This document shows positions 24,561 through 34,842 of a stretch of DNA of 64,000 nucleotides, in pieces. A program made the translations under genes and the position numbers. The notes beneath the pieces were generated by a model. That model made no database searches and was not told the origin of the DNA. It saw only the letters and a program-made list of their open reading frames with translations. The DNA is from a virus. Taxonomy: Duplodnaviria > Caudoviricetes. Positions within the stretch are counted from its first letter, which is position 1; each line of letters starts with the position of its first letter. Where the stretch lies: positions 10,719-74,718 of the IMG/VR virus record IMGVR_UViG_3300017912_004409; one strand, 5' to 3'.

Positions 24561-25382
24561 ATGACTCGTAATCTTTTTTCTGATAAAAACCAAAGGAAAA
24601 GAACAGCCAAGGATCCTTTGTCTTTAGGAGAAGTATCTAGAACTACTGTTAAATATCTACGCGGAAAACTAGGTCCTCAGCATAAATTAATACAAGGAGG
24701 TTATGGTGGTGGAACATATAATCATTGGTTTAAAATTAAACTATTGCGCCCAGGGTGGTTAATACTTGCCAAGGATGGTAAAGATAAAAAAAAGTTTACT
24801 GTTAGTACTTACGACTTAAATAAAATCCCAATAGAACCAAGGGCAATCTTTCAACAAGATAGTTTATCTACCATTGGATCAAACGGAAAAGTAATTTATC
24901 CTTATTTTGCTCACATGATGGGTGCCCAGTCAGATTTATATAATACATATAATCCAGACACTCAAAGCAGGGGGGATAATTTATATCTTCCGCTTGATAG
25001 TGGTGAATATTTAATTTGTATATCTAGTACAAGAAATGAACTTATTGATTATGCACTTGCTTTGGTTGTTGAATTTGCTAATCCTGATTTTTTCTTGGCT
25101 TTAGAAGATTTCTTCTTATTTTTAACAACAAACGTTGGTTTCACAGATTTCTATGCTTTAGAAGATAATTTTTTATATCTATTTGAAGACGATACATTTA
25201 TTGCACTTCCTGTACAAGATGAACAAATAGAAGGTTTTATTGAATTAGAATTTGGTCCTAACTATGATATTGAAACTGAACATGAACATTCTTTAACAGA
25301 ATGGCAAACTGCCTGGAATCAAGAACACACACCTGATCAACCTTTTCCTTCTGTTCTAATACCATTAACTTCATTACCATGA
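24561..25382 (+). CDS. hypothetical protein with ALED-type acidic repeats
   Basis: Track ORF; FLALED/FYALED/LFEDD repeats. Confidence 0.7.
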   Translation: MTRNLFSDKNQRKRTAKDPLSLGEVSRTTVKYLRGKLGPQHKLIQGGYGGGTYNHWFKIKLLRPGWLILAKDGKDKKKFTVSTYDLNKIPIEPRAIFQQDSLSTIGSNGKVIYPYFAHMMGAQSDLYNTYNPDTQSRGDNLYLPLDSGEYLICISSTRNELIDYALALVVEFANPDFFLALEDFFLFLTTNVGFTDFYALEDNFLYLFEDDTFIALPVQDEQIEGFIELEFGPNYDIETEHEHSLTEWQTAWNQEHTPDQPFPSVLIPLTSLP

Positions 25383-25828
25383 CAAAATATCATTATCAAA
25401 GAAAACACAAAAAGAAAGTTAAAACATATAAATTAAATAATTTAATTATCAAAATGCGTTTAATTCCTTATGTTAAAAATAAAAATAATGTAATTTGGTT
25501 ATTTTCTTTCGTTTGTGGCTTTAGTATTAGACAAGTTAATGATTGGTTAGATGAAAGAAAAAATACAAGAGCTAAACAGCTAAAAAATAAAATTACAGGA
25601 AAACATTCTTTAACTCCTCATTTTCTTGCCCTACAAACTTTAAAAAAATGGCAAAATGAAATACCTAAAAACGATTCAATTTATTTCATCTGTGATTCTG
25701 TTAAACCAAGAAAACAATTTGAAATCTATAAAAAATGGTTTACAAAACATGAAAAAAATTGGTTAATTGATGTGCAGAATTATGCTTTTCTGTATCATCC
25801 AGGATTAAACAGAATCATCCAGGATTAA
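25379..25828 (+). CDS. hypothetical basic protein
   Basis: Track ORF coupled to the upstream stop. Confidence 0.6.
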   Translation: MTKYHYQRKHKKKVKTYKLNNLIIKMRLIPYVKNKNNVIWLFSFVCGFSIRQVNDWLDERKNTRAKQLKNKITGKHSLTPHFLALQTLKKWQNEIPKNDSIYFICDSVKPRKQFEIYKKWFTKHEKNWLIDVQNYAFLYHPGLNRIIQD

Positions 25829-26013
25829 ACAGGATTAAACCAATAAACAGTTCCTCCCATTTCTAAAATTTGTTTTTTCAGCATATATGCTTCTTCTTTT
25901 GAAAGAGTAGCGCATTTTCTTTTTTTATTTATTTCATAACAAATATTTACTAATATATTTTCTTTTCTCATGCTAATATACACCATCCTGTAGAAACGCC
26001 TTCTACCATCCAT
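25825..26013 (-). CDS. small hypothetical protein (start uncertain)
   Basis: Track ORF. Confidence 0.5.
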   Translation of the reverse strand: MDGRRRFYRMVYISMRKENILVNICYEINKKRKCATLSKEEAYMLKKQILEMGGTVYWFNPV

Positions 26014-27068
26014 CTAGGATTAAAATTTTTATAACTGTAATGTAAATGTATTCCTGTTGTATTTATATATTCTCCTGTTATTAAATCTAGTTCGCCCCAT
26101 GGATCATGGACAACAAAACCCTTATCATCATATCCAATAATGCACGCCCAGTGCCCTCCCCCTGAGGGAGATTTAACTGTTCCTTTATGTAAAAAACCTA
26201 CTGGCACAGGCTTGTTATTATTAATTTGAGTTTTAATTGTATTTACATTTGCTCCATTAAAAAATCTTGCTTCCAATCCATAATTAAATAAAGCTTTTAT
26301 TTGAGCGGTGCTTTCAGTACTATCTCCGTTATTAAAAACTTTACGGATATATTCATCATCAGAAACAATAGAACCTGGCTTTAAATATTTCAACATCATT
26401 GCACAACTTGAACTAAAACATGTTCGAGCTGCGTCTCTATAGTTATCTCTTTGACTCATATATTCAACATTTAACGGATTTGAATATTTTAATTTTTTAA
26501 TTTTAGTTTTAGATTTAGATTTAATTACTTCTATAAGTTTTTCTCCATATAAGGGATCTGTCGCATACCCCTCTTTTTGCAGTTGGTGGCAAGCGGCTTC
26601 CCAGGTTTTACAGTTATTGATTCCTTTCCATGTTTTGTAGTCTTTATACCACTTAGTAACCAAATAATCAACAGCACTATATAAGTCAGGAAAGTTAATA
26701 AATTTGTCTTTGATTTCAATCCATTTTTCATCTACAAACTCCTTTGTATTAACTTCTGAACCTTGTCCTTTTAATCCAAAGTAATTGTTTTTACCGGAAA
26801 CATGTTTGCCATTACCTGATTCTAATGCCCATTGTGCAGCTACAACTTCAGGATATTTAGCTCCTGAATCCCTTGCTGCTTCTAATATACCTTCCCATGA
26901 ATTTTTATATTCTTTATTTTCTATTTCTTTGATGTTTTTTTCTCTGTATTTAGCTGCAAAAATATTTAAAATTTCTGGACTTACTTTTGTTTGTAGCCAG
27001 TCCCAAGCTTCATCTTGATGCTTTAATTCTCTATAATATTTAGCAGCATTTTTAAATTTAATCGACAT
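25968..27068 (-). CDS. endolysin: glucosaminidase (GH73-like) plus C39-like peptidase
   Basis: AAQWALESG...NNYFGLKG...GYATDP.Y, then YMSQRDN...CFSSSCAM...GGGHW..IIGYD...VHDPWG. Confidence 0.85.
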   Translation of the reverse strand: MSIKFKNAAKYYRELKHQDEAWDWLQTKVSPEILNIFAAKYREKNIKEIENKEYKNSWEGILEAARDSGAKYPEVVAAQWALESGNGKHVSGKNNYFGLKGQGSEVNTKEFVDEKWIEIKDKFINFPDLYSAVDYLVTKWYKDYKTWKGINNCKTWEAACHQLQKEGYATDPLYGEKLIEVIKSKSKTKIKKLKYSNPLNVEYMSQRDNYRDAARTCFSSSCAMMLKYLKPGSIVSDDEYIRKVFNNGDSTESTAQIKALFNYGLEARFFNGANVNTIKTQINNNKPVPVGFLHKGTVKSPSGGGHWACIIGYDDKGFVVHDPWGELDLITGEYINTTGIHLHYSYKNFNPRWMVEGVSTGWCILA

Positions 27069-27774
27069 GATTAAGGACTGTTTTTTTGTAATCTCCTTTA
27101 TATATTTTAGGGCCTATATGTACACAAGTGCTAGAAAAATCAATCCAAATTTTAAAACCCAGATCACGTAATTTTTCACAAAGAAAAATATCTTCTCCCA
27201 TAAAAACTTCTCCTTCAAAATCATATTGGCAAATATTTTTTATTTTATTTTCTCTGAAATATGTATCTACACTATTTTTAGCTAATGCTTGTAAACTTTT
27301 TCTGCTTAATTTTAAACAACTTGTGCTAACAGCATTAACTAATTGTAAATTATTTTCAATTGTTTCAAATTGTTTTTCATCTTCAAACCAAAAATCGTAT
27401 TCTTCTTTGTTGTCATTTTTTTTAATTGTTGGAATTGCAATAACATCTTCTGGGTTTTTAATTATATTAATTAAAGCATTTGGATCACAACCAACATCTG
27501 AATCAATAAATATCATACAATCTACATTTTTTTCAATAGCTATAGTTAATAATTGATTTCTTGCCATTGGTAAAATACTTTCATATGAAAGCATGCAAAT
27601 ATTAATATCAATATTATTCAAAACTCCTAATTTAGAAACTTGATTTACCATGCTGGCGTAATGAACATCTACTCGCCCGTCTAATGCAGGTGTAGCAATC
27701 AATGCGGTAATTTGTTGTTTTTGATTTGGTTTAAAACTTTTTGCCATTGAGGAATTCTTTTTTGCCATGTCCAA
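27058..27774 (-). CDS. GT-A fold glycosyltransferase (start uncertain)
   Basis: LIATP...ESILPMARN...IFIDSD...GEDIFLC..LRDLGFKIWID. Confidence 0.75.
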   Translation of the reverse strand: MDMAKKNSSMAKSFKPNQKQQITALIATPALDGRVDVHYASMVNQVSKLGVLNNIDINICMLSYESILPMARNQLLTIAIEKNVDCMIFIDSDVGCDPNALINIIKNPEDVIAIPTIKKNDNKEEYDFWFEDEKQFETIENNLQLVNAVSTSCLKLSRKSLQALAKNSVDTYFRENKIKNICQYDFEGEVFMGEDIFLCEKLRDLGFKIWIDFSSTCVHIGPKIYKGDYKKTVLNHVD

Positions 27775-28625
27775 TTTTCGTTATAGAATTTAGTTTGTTT
27801 TTCAAGCTTTAATTGGTTTTCTGGTGTCCAATAAGCGTCAATTACTTCGTTCAATACGATAGCATATTTTTCAGCCAATCGCAGATGATCAGAATCATAA
27901 CAAATAAAATCAGCATATTCTCCGCATGTTTCTAGTAATGCCCCATAATTAGTAACTACCGCCTGGCATCCAGCACACATAGCTTCTATTGCTGCAATGC
28001 AAGATGTTTCTTCAAAAACACTTGGATACGCAAAAATATGTGCCTCTTGCAAAGCTTCTCGTATTTTTTGATTTGTTGCATATCCTTTATAGTTAATTCC
28101 GGGAGTATTTTTTAATTGATTAAACAAAGGCTCAAATCTATTTCCTAACATTTTTTCAAATACAGAGCCATAGATTTTGGTAGAAGAATATACATCTAAT
28201 TCAATATCATCACGATCTAAAATTTGAAATGCTTTTAATAATACTTGTAAACCTCGCCAGGGAGTTGAAGTATGTATTAATTTTAACTTTTTTCCTTTAG
28301 GTTTTGGTTTGGGTAAAAATTCTGTTGTTGCATTTTTTATAACAATTGATTTCCAAGGGGGAGTATTAAACTTTTCTCTAAATTTTTCATAGCACCAATG
28401 CGAATTATAAATAAAACAATCAATTTTATTTACAAAACTACCACTTTTCATTCCTTGTACATTTTCTTGATCATAACTTAATTGTTGTAATAGAATATTT
28501 TTTTGTCCTGGTACTATTAAATTTTTATTACAATTGCAAACAATTAAATTTATCCCTTCAAAGTCAAGATGACTACGAAGGGATTCAACTAAAATTTCAG
28601 TTCCACCTTTAGGTGTACTTGGCAT
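27699..28625 (-). CDS. glycosyltransferase family 4 (GT-B)
   Basis: KGGTE...HTSTPWRGL...FAYPSVFEETSCIAAIEAMCAG. Confidence 0.85.
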   Translation of the reverse strand: MPSTPKGGTEILVESLRSHLDFEGINLIVCNCNKNLIVPGQKNILLQQLSYDQENVQGMKSGSFVNKIDCFIYNSHWCYEKFREKFNTPPWKSIVIKNATTEFLPKPKPKGKKLKLIHTSTPWRGLQVLLKAFQILDRDDIELDVYSSTKIYGSVFEKMLGNRFEPLFNQLKNTPGINYKGYATNQKIREALQEAHIFAYPSVFEETSCIAAIEAMCAGCQAVVTNYGALLETCGEYADFICYDSDHLRLAEKYAIVLNEVIDAYWTPENQLKLEKQTKFYNENWTWQKRIPQWQKVLNQIKNNKLPH

Positions 28626-28659
28626 TTAAAAAATTAATCTATAACGATTATAGATAATT

Positions 28660-31600
28660 TTAAGTACTTTGCAATTCAGCAATTGCTTGTTCAGCTGCTT
28701 CTAAACGATTAATTAATTCTTTAACAGCTTGAACAAGAATTGGATATGTTTTAAGCGGAGCTGCTTCTAATTTATCAGGATTTTTATCAAGAACTAGATT
28801 TGTATATTCAGCAGTATTTAATTCGTTTTCTACTGCTTGTAACTCCTGAGCAATAAAACCATAATCTTTTTTGCCTTCAAGACTACCATCTCTACGTGCC
28901 CAATCAAACTTAACAGGTCTTAACCGTCTAATAAAATTAACGCCATGGTCAAGATCTGTAATATTTGTTTTATCTCTTTCATCAGAAAGAGAAGTAATGC
29001 TTGTTTGATTACATCTTAATGTAGCAACAGAAGAATTACCTAATGTAAACTCATTGTCAACACTTGATGCACTACTAGTAGCAGAATAACCAATAAGAGT
29101 ATTGTTATTACCTGAAGCTAAAGTTCCACCTGCAAAATATCCAAGAGCAGTATTGTTTGATCCCGTTTGTAAATCCATAAAAGAATATGCTCCAACTGCC
29201 GTACCGTTGGTAGAATAATTTAGAGACCTAGCAGTTGCATTATATCCAACAAAAACACTATAACCGCCGCCACCATAAATCTCTCTGCCTGCGCTATGAC
29301 CAATGGCAACACATCCATTAGGATTTCCACCAGCAAAATTATTGCCACCAATTAAAGTGTTGTGGTTAATAGATGCAGAACCAAAATAATTGAGTATATC
29401 ATTACCTATACATACATTATGAGAACCGCTATGTGTTACGCCTGTCGGACTGGCTATATCAGAGCCGATTAGTACATTGTTCTGCCCATTCATTGGGTGA
29501 CCAACATTCGAACCTATATAAACACATTCGGATCTATATTCATTCTGTCGGGCTACAAATTGACCTATTGCAGTTACTTCACTCCAACCATTGGTCCAGT
29601 AACCATTTGGATCAAAAAAATTATAATTATCAGCTATAAATGAACCTACTACAGTATTATACGAACCACTATATAGGTAAGTCGCACAATTAGAACCACC
29701 CACAATAGTGTTGTGCTGAAGTTGACCGTTAGTAAGATTTGCAGTTCTATTACCAATTATGCAATTGTCAGTAGAAACACCAGCGCCTGATGAAAATGCG
29801 TCATGTCCAATAACTAAATTAAGATATGAAGTAGTTTGTGTTGATCCTGCATTATTTCCAATATAAATACCACTCTGAACCGGCTGAGAACCAGAAATTG
29901 CTGAGTGCCCTATAGCAATACTATCAAATAGTTGTCCACCAGCACCATTCAGTGCTGTTTTATGACCTACAATTATACTGCGATTGCCATCCGAAATGTC
30001 CCTCAAGGCCTCATGGCCAATAACTATATTACTTTCATTATTAGTAGCACCAACAGCCCCTGTGCCGATACTTGTATTATCGCCTATATGTATAGAATTG
30101 ATATGCGGCATTTTTACCGAAGCATTGTAAGAACGACCTGCATTTCTACCAATAAATATTACGCCTGATGGTGTAGTATCTGCGCCTGCAGCAAATCCAA
30201 TAGCTATATTACTAGTGTCTTGATTACCGATTCCTGGACCACACCCTGATAAAGCATAACTACCAACAGCAACACCGCTTCGTAAGGCTTGAGGTGCAGA
30301 AGGTGAAGTCCAGCCTGCTCCTGCTTGATAACCTATAAAAGTAGAACCACTTGCCCCGAATGTCCCTGTAATAACAGCTGTATCAATACCTAATGCAGTT
30401 GTGCCTGTAAGTGTTGCACCACTTAAGCTACTGCCACCGCCACCGCCACCGCCTGCTGACCAACTTAATCTACCAGCACCATCAGTGGTTAATACATCGC
30501 CAGATGTACTATCACCGCTAGGCAATCTAAACGTAGTACTAGTACCATCTAATGTTACTGGTGCTCTAAATGCAACATATTGTGTATTATCTCCTTGATA
30601 AAATTTAAGCGATCTAGTTTCATAACTACCTCTACTCTCATAACCTCTTAAATCAGTAAATGTACCACTTTGGTGTACAACATCACCACTAATTGATAAG
30701 TAACCACCAATAATATTTTCACCTGTAATATTTGTAAACTGTGCATTTGTACCAGTAACTGTTGCACCTGACACAGTAGCTGTGCCGACAATTGTACTGC
30801 CAGTAATATTTGTAAATTGAGCATTAGTACCAGTTATGGTTGCAACATTTGTAATATTTGTAAGAGTAGTGTTAGCACTATTTAAATTGGTAAAATTACC
30901 AGTTCCACCAGTAACTATTGTACCGCTTAAACCAATTGCATTTAAATAGTTTGTTGCAGCATTATAATATAAAGCACCAGTTGAATAGGCAACACCACTT
31001 CCAGCATCTTGTCCCTTTAAAACAACATAAACAGTTCCTTCTCCTGGAAGTGCTGTTGAATTAATACCTGTTGAATAAAGTTGTTCACTTCCTACAGGTG
31101 CCCAGCCTAAATTTAAAGATGCGTCACTAACCAATGCATAACCAGAAACAGGTGCATCAGCAGCTGGTAATGTCCATCTTATATTGGTAAACTCTCCAAT
31201 ACCAGTTGGTGCTTTAAAACCAACTGAACCAATTCCTCCACTTTCAACAAAATCTACTACTGCTCCGTTCCTAAATTGCTGCCTACCAAAAAAACCGGGC
31301 TGATATGAAACTACAGTCAGAACCTCCATGTTGCCTTGTGTAAAATTACCATATGAACCGGTAACTGTTGTACCGCTTAAACCAATTGCATTTAAGTAAT
31401 TTGTTGAATTACTGTAATATAAACTACTAGTTGAATAAGCAAGACCGCTTCCTGTTGCATTTGCTTTTAAAACAATATAATTAGTTCCTTGTTCTGGATT
31501 AGCTGTTGAATTAATACCTGTTGAGTAAAGTTGTGTACCTCCTACAGGTGCCCAGCTTAAATTTAAAGATGCGTCACTAACTAAGGCATAACCAGAAACA

Positions 31601-34392
31601 GTTGCATCGGTAGCTGGTAATGTCCATCTTATATTGTTTTCTCCAATACCAGTTGGTGCTTTAAAACCAACTGAACCAGCTTGTCCACTTTCATAAAAAT
31701 CTACGACTGCTCCGTCCGTAAGTTGAATAGCACCAAAAGCAGGAAATGGTGATCTAGTATTACTTACAGTCAGATATCCATAGCCACCATTTGCAAAATT
31801 ACCAGTGTTCCCAGTAACTGTTGCACCTGACACAGTAGTCGTGCCGACTATTGTGCCACCTGTAATATTAGTAAACTGTGCATTCGTACCAGTTACCGTT
31901 GCACCTGATACTGTAGTAGTTCCGACAACAGTGTCACCAGTAATGTTTGTAAATTGTGCATTTGTGCCTGTAACAGTTGCACCTGATATAGTTGTTGTGC
32001 CGACTATTGTGCCACCTGTAATATTAGTAAATTGAGCATTAGTACCAGTTACCGTTGCACCCGACACAGTAGTTGTGCCGACTATCGTTGTGCCTGTTAT
32101 CGTTGCACCTGAAATACTAGTTGTACCAACTATTGTGCTTCCTGTTAAAGTTATAAATCGCCCAACATCACCGGTAATAATTGCACCACTAATCGTTCCA
32201 GTAACTGTTAAATTAGGTACGTCAAGACTGGTAATACTAAGTGTTCCAAAGTTACCAGTGTCCCCAGTTATAGTTGTACCTGAAATAGTAGTGCTTTTAG
32301 CTAAAACAAAATTACCTGTTCCAAAATTGCCAGTATTACCAGTTACAGTTGCACCTGACACAGTGGTTGTACCGACTATTGTGCCACCTGTAATATTAGT
32401 AAATTGAGCATCAGTACCGGTTACGGTTGCACCTGAGACAGTGGTTGTGCCAACAATCGTACTTCCAGTAATATTTGCAAACTGTGCATTTGTACCAGTT
32501 ACCGTTGCACCCGATACAGTAGTCGTGCCAACTATCTCACTGCCAGTAATATTAGTAAATTGAGCATTTGTACCAGTTACCGTTGCACCTGATACGATAG
32601 TCGTACCAACAATCGTATTTCCAGTAATATTTGTAAACTGTGCATTTGTACCAGTTACAGTTGCACCTGAAATACTAGTTGTACCAACTATTGTTGCGCC
32701 TGTTAAAGTTGTAAATCTACCGATATCACCAGTAATAATTGCACCACTAATCGTTCCGGTAACAGTTAAATCGGGTACGTTAAGACCAGTAACACTAAGT
32801 GTTCCAAAATCACCTGTTTGACTTGTTATTGTAATGCCTGAAATAACAGATGACTCACCCGTAACATATAGTCCTGAGTTGAAAATTCCTGATCCTGTAA
32901 CAAAAATATCTTCAACGAAATAAGCATCACCCGTTACAGTTAATCTTTCTTTTACGATTCCTGTAACAACATAAGCGGTATTTGCATTTAGGATATCAAA
33001 ATTACCAATTTCACCGGTAACTGTTCCACCGGATACGGTAGTCGTACCAACTATTGTTGTTCCTGTTAAGGTTGTAAATCTCCCAACATTGCCAGTGATG
33101 ATGGCACCACTAATTGTTCCCGTGACCGTAAGGTCAGGTACGTCAATACCAGTAACAGTAAGTGTACCAAAGTTACCAGTGTCGCCAGTAACCGTTGCCC
33201 CAGATACAGTAGTAGTACCAATTATTGAGTTGCCGGTAATATTGGTAAATTGAGCATTATTACCAGTAACCGTTGCACCTGAAATACTAGTAGTACCAAT
33301 TACTGAACTACCAGTAATATTGGCAAATTGAGCATTGGTACCAGTAACAGTTGCACCTGAGATAGTAGTTGTGCCGACTATTGAACTACCAGTAATATTG
33401 GTAAATTGAGCATTAGTACCAGTTACGGTTGCACCTGAAATACTAGTTGTACCAACTAATGTTGCCCCTGTTAATGTTGTAAATCGCCCAACATCACCAG
33501 TAATAATTGCACCACTAATCGTTCCAGTGACCGTAAGATCAGGTACGTCAAGACCAGTAACAGTAAGTGTACCAAAATTACCGGTGTCGCCAGTAACCGT
33601 TGCTCCAGATAAGCTGGTCGTACCGACTAATGTTGCTCCTGTTAATGTTGTAAATCTACCGACATCACCGGTAATAATTGCACCACTAATCGTTCCAGTA
33701 ACAGTTAAATCAGGTATGTCAAGACCGGTGACCGTAAGTGTACCAAAATTACCAGTGTCGCCAGTAACAGTTGCACCTGAAATACTAGTTGTACCAACCA
33801 ATGTTGTGCCTGTTAAAGTTGTAAAACTACCTGTATTACCAGTTACAACTGCACCTGATACACTATTTGTTCCGACTACATTTTGACCTGTAATATTGGT
33901 AAATTGAGCATTAGTACCGGTTACCGTTGCACCTGATACGATAGTCGTACCAACAACTGTTGCTCCCGTGATATTAGTAAATTGAGCATTGGTACCAGTA
34001 ACTGTTGTACCAGATAAAGTACCTTGTATTTCTACGCCTGAAAGAAAATAACCACTTCCTCTGACTACTAATGTTCCGCTAACATTTAAATTTCCACTAT
34101 GCGTTGTGCCGCTAGTAACTAAAGTGCTAAAGATACCTGTTGTAAATTCAGCTGTTCTACCAGTAACAGTATTACCGCTGATGGTGTTAGTAACAGTTAA
34201 ATCACCACTAATAGTACCGCCAGTTATAGGAAAGTATATTGTGTTTAAATAATTTATAAATCCTGATACTTCTAGTTTTTTATTTTTAATAGTAGGATCT
34301 ACTTCGTCGGTACGAACGACGGTAAACAAATCATTACCGTTTAAATCAGTACCAAGTATTAAAGGTAAATCTGAAATTTTACGGTTTGCCAC
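28660..34392 (-). CDS. long tail fibre/spike with Thr/Gly repeats and C-terminal S74 intramolecular chaperone
   Basis: MANRKISDL N-terminus typical of phage fibres; 26-aa repeats; xIAIGxxA beta-roll repeats; SDERDKTNITDL...IRRLRPVKFDW...YGFIAQE (peptidase S74). Confidence 0.9.
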   Translation of the reverse strand: MANRKISDLPLILGTDLNGNDLFTVVRTDEVDPTIKNKKLEVSGFINYLNTIYFPITGGTISGDLTVTNTISGNTVTGRTAEFTTGIFSTLVTSGTTHSGNLNVSGTLVVRGSGYFLSGVEIQGTLSGTTVTGTNAQFTNITGATVVGTTIVSGATVTGTNAQFTNITGQNVVGTNSVSGAVVTGNTGSFTTLTGTTLVGTTSISGATVTGDTGNFGTLTVTGLDIPDLTVTGTISGAIITGDVGRFTTLTGATLVGTTSLSGATVTGDTGNFGTLTVTGLDVPDLTVTGTISGAIITGDVGRFTTLTGATLVGTTSISGATVTGTNAQFTNITGSSIVGTTTISGATVTGTNAQFANITGSSVIGTTSISGATVTGNNAQFTNITGNSIIGTTTVSGATVTGDTGNFGTLTVTGIDVPDLTVTGTISGAIITGNVGRFTTLTGTTIVGTTTVSGGTVTGEIGNFDILNANTAYVVTGIVKERLTVTGDAYFVEDIFVTGSGIFNSGLYVTGESSVISGITITSQTGDFGTLSVTGLNVPDLTVTGTISGAIITGDIGRFTTLTGATIVGTTSISGATVTGTNAQFTNITGNTIVGTTIVSGATVTGTNAQFTNITGSEIVGTTTVSGATVTGTNAQFANITGSTIVGTTTVSGATVTGTDAQFTNITGGTIVGTTTVSGATVTGNTGNFGTGNFVLAKSTTISGTTITGDTGNFGTLSITSLDVPNLTVTGTISGAIITGDVGRFITLTGSTIVGTTSISGATITGTTIVGTTTVSGATVTGTNAQFTNITGGTIVGTTTISGATVTGTNAQFTNITGDTVVGTTTVSGATVTGTNAQFTNITGGTIVGTTTVSGATVTGNTGNFANGGYGYLTVSNTRSPFPAFGAIQLTDGAVVDFYESGQAGSVGFKAPTGIGENNIRWTLPATDATVSGYALVSDASLNLSWAPVGGTQLYSTGINSTANPEQGTNYIVLKANATGSGLAYSTSSLYYSNSTNYLNAIGLSGTTVTGSYGNFTQGNMEVLTVVSYQPGFFGRQQFRNGAVVDFVESGGIGSVGFKAPTGIGEFTNIRWTLPAADAPVSGYALVSDASLNLGWAPVGSEQLYSTGINSTALPGEGTVYVVLKGQDAGSGVAYSTGALYYNAATNYLNAIGLSGTIVTGGTGNFTNLNSANTTLTNITNVATITGTNAQFTNITGSTIVGTATVSGATVTGTNAQFTNITGENIIGGYLSISGDVVHQSGTFTDLRGYESRGSYETRSLKFYQGDNTQYVAFRAPVTLDGTSTTFRLPSGDSTSGDVLTTDGAGRLSWSAGGGGGGGSSLSGATLTGTTALGIDTAVITGTFGASGSTFIGYQAGAGWTSPSAPQALRSGVAVGSYALSGCGPGIGNQDTSNIAIGFAAGADTTPSGVIFIGRNAGRSYNASVKMPHINSIHIGDNTSIGTGAVGATNNESNIVIGHEALRDISDGNRSIIVGHKTALNGAGGQLFDSIAIGHSAISGSQPVQSGIYIGNNAGSTQTTSYLNLVIGHDAFSSGAGVSTDNCIIGNRTANLTNGQLQHNTIVGGSNCATYLYSGSYNTVVGSFIADNYNFFDPNGYWTNGWSEVTAIGQFVARQNEYRSECVYIGSNVGHPMNGQNNVLIGSDIASPTGVTHSGSHNVCIGNDILNYFGSASINHNTLIGGNNFAGGNPNGCVAIGHSAGREIYGGGGYSVFVGYNATARSLNYSTNGTAVGAYSFMDLQTGSNNTALGYFAGGTLASGNNNTLIGYSATSSASSVDNEFTLGNSSVATLRCNQTSITSLSDERDKTNITDLDHGVNFIRRLRPVKFDWARRDGSLEGKKDYGFIAQELQAVENELNTAEYTNLVLDKNPDKLEAAPLKTYPILVQAVKELINRLEAAEQAIAELQST
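30908..31713 (-). repeat. duplicated ~119-aa module in the tail fibre
   Basis: GAVVDF.ESG..GSVGFKAPTGIGE..IRWTLPA.DA.VSGYALVSDASLNL.WAPVG...TNYLNAIGLSGT.VTG occurs at ~31358..31713 and ~30908..31266. Confidence 0.9.
31800..34020 (-). repeat. 78-nt (26-aa) coding tandem repeats in the tail fibre, approximate limits
   Basis: 12 AQF(T/A)N-type units here (14 in the gene) interleaved with 5 P(D/N)LTVTGTISGAIITG units; variation mainly at third codon positions. Confidence 0.9.
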
Positions 34393-34438
34393 TATTTTAA
34401 ATCAACTTTTTGTATATCAATTATAATCCCACCTAAAT

Positions 34439-34795
34439 CTATCTAGCCTCCCATTTTATTTCTATTTTTGGTAAATTAGTTGCAAAACCCCAAAGACTTT
34501 GTACACCAAATACAAGTCCGCAAGACAATGCAAATATAACTATTATTTCTGCTACTGTTAAATTTCTTCTTACATATTGAATTTTGGGTTGCTGATTTAC
34601 GATTGGCGTCTGCTGCAACGGTTGTTGAGGCAGTTGTTGCAATGGTAAAGGTTGTTGCATTAACGGTTTTTGCTGTAACCTTGCCCTGGCTTCCTTTAAT
34701 TTTTCTAACTCAAGAGAAAATTGTCCATTTATTTCATTAATTTGATCCGCTGTTAAATTATTAGTCGTGTTGCTAGGCGGAATTTGGGAATCCAT
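34439..34795 (-). CDS. Gln-rich protein with C-terminal membrane segment
   Basis: Track ORF 34439..34837; ATG 34795; VRRNLTVAEIIVIFALSCGLVFGV. Confidence 0.65.
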   Translation of the reverse strand: MDSQIPPSNTTNNLTADQINEINGQFSLELEKLKEARARLQQKPLMQQPLPLQQLPQQPLQQTPIVNQQPKIQYVRRNLTVAEIIVIFALSCGLVFGVQSLWGFATNLPKIEIKWEAR

Positions 34796-34842
34796 GTTTG
34801 AAATTAATTTTTTTAAGGCTAGCATAAAAGAAAACAAAAAAC

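Noticed and set aside
31805-33886. Plus-strand Val/Pro/Thr ORFs in the track
   Set aside because: Antisense shadows of the repetitive tail-fibre codons
31800-34020. Regularly spaced ~78-nt repeats resembling a CRISPR array
   Set aside because: They are in-frame coding repeats with third-position variation, have no unique spacers, and no cas operon is present
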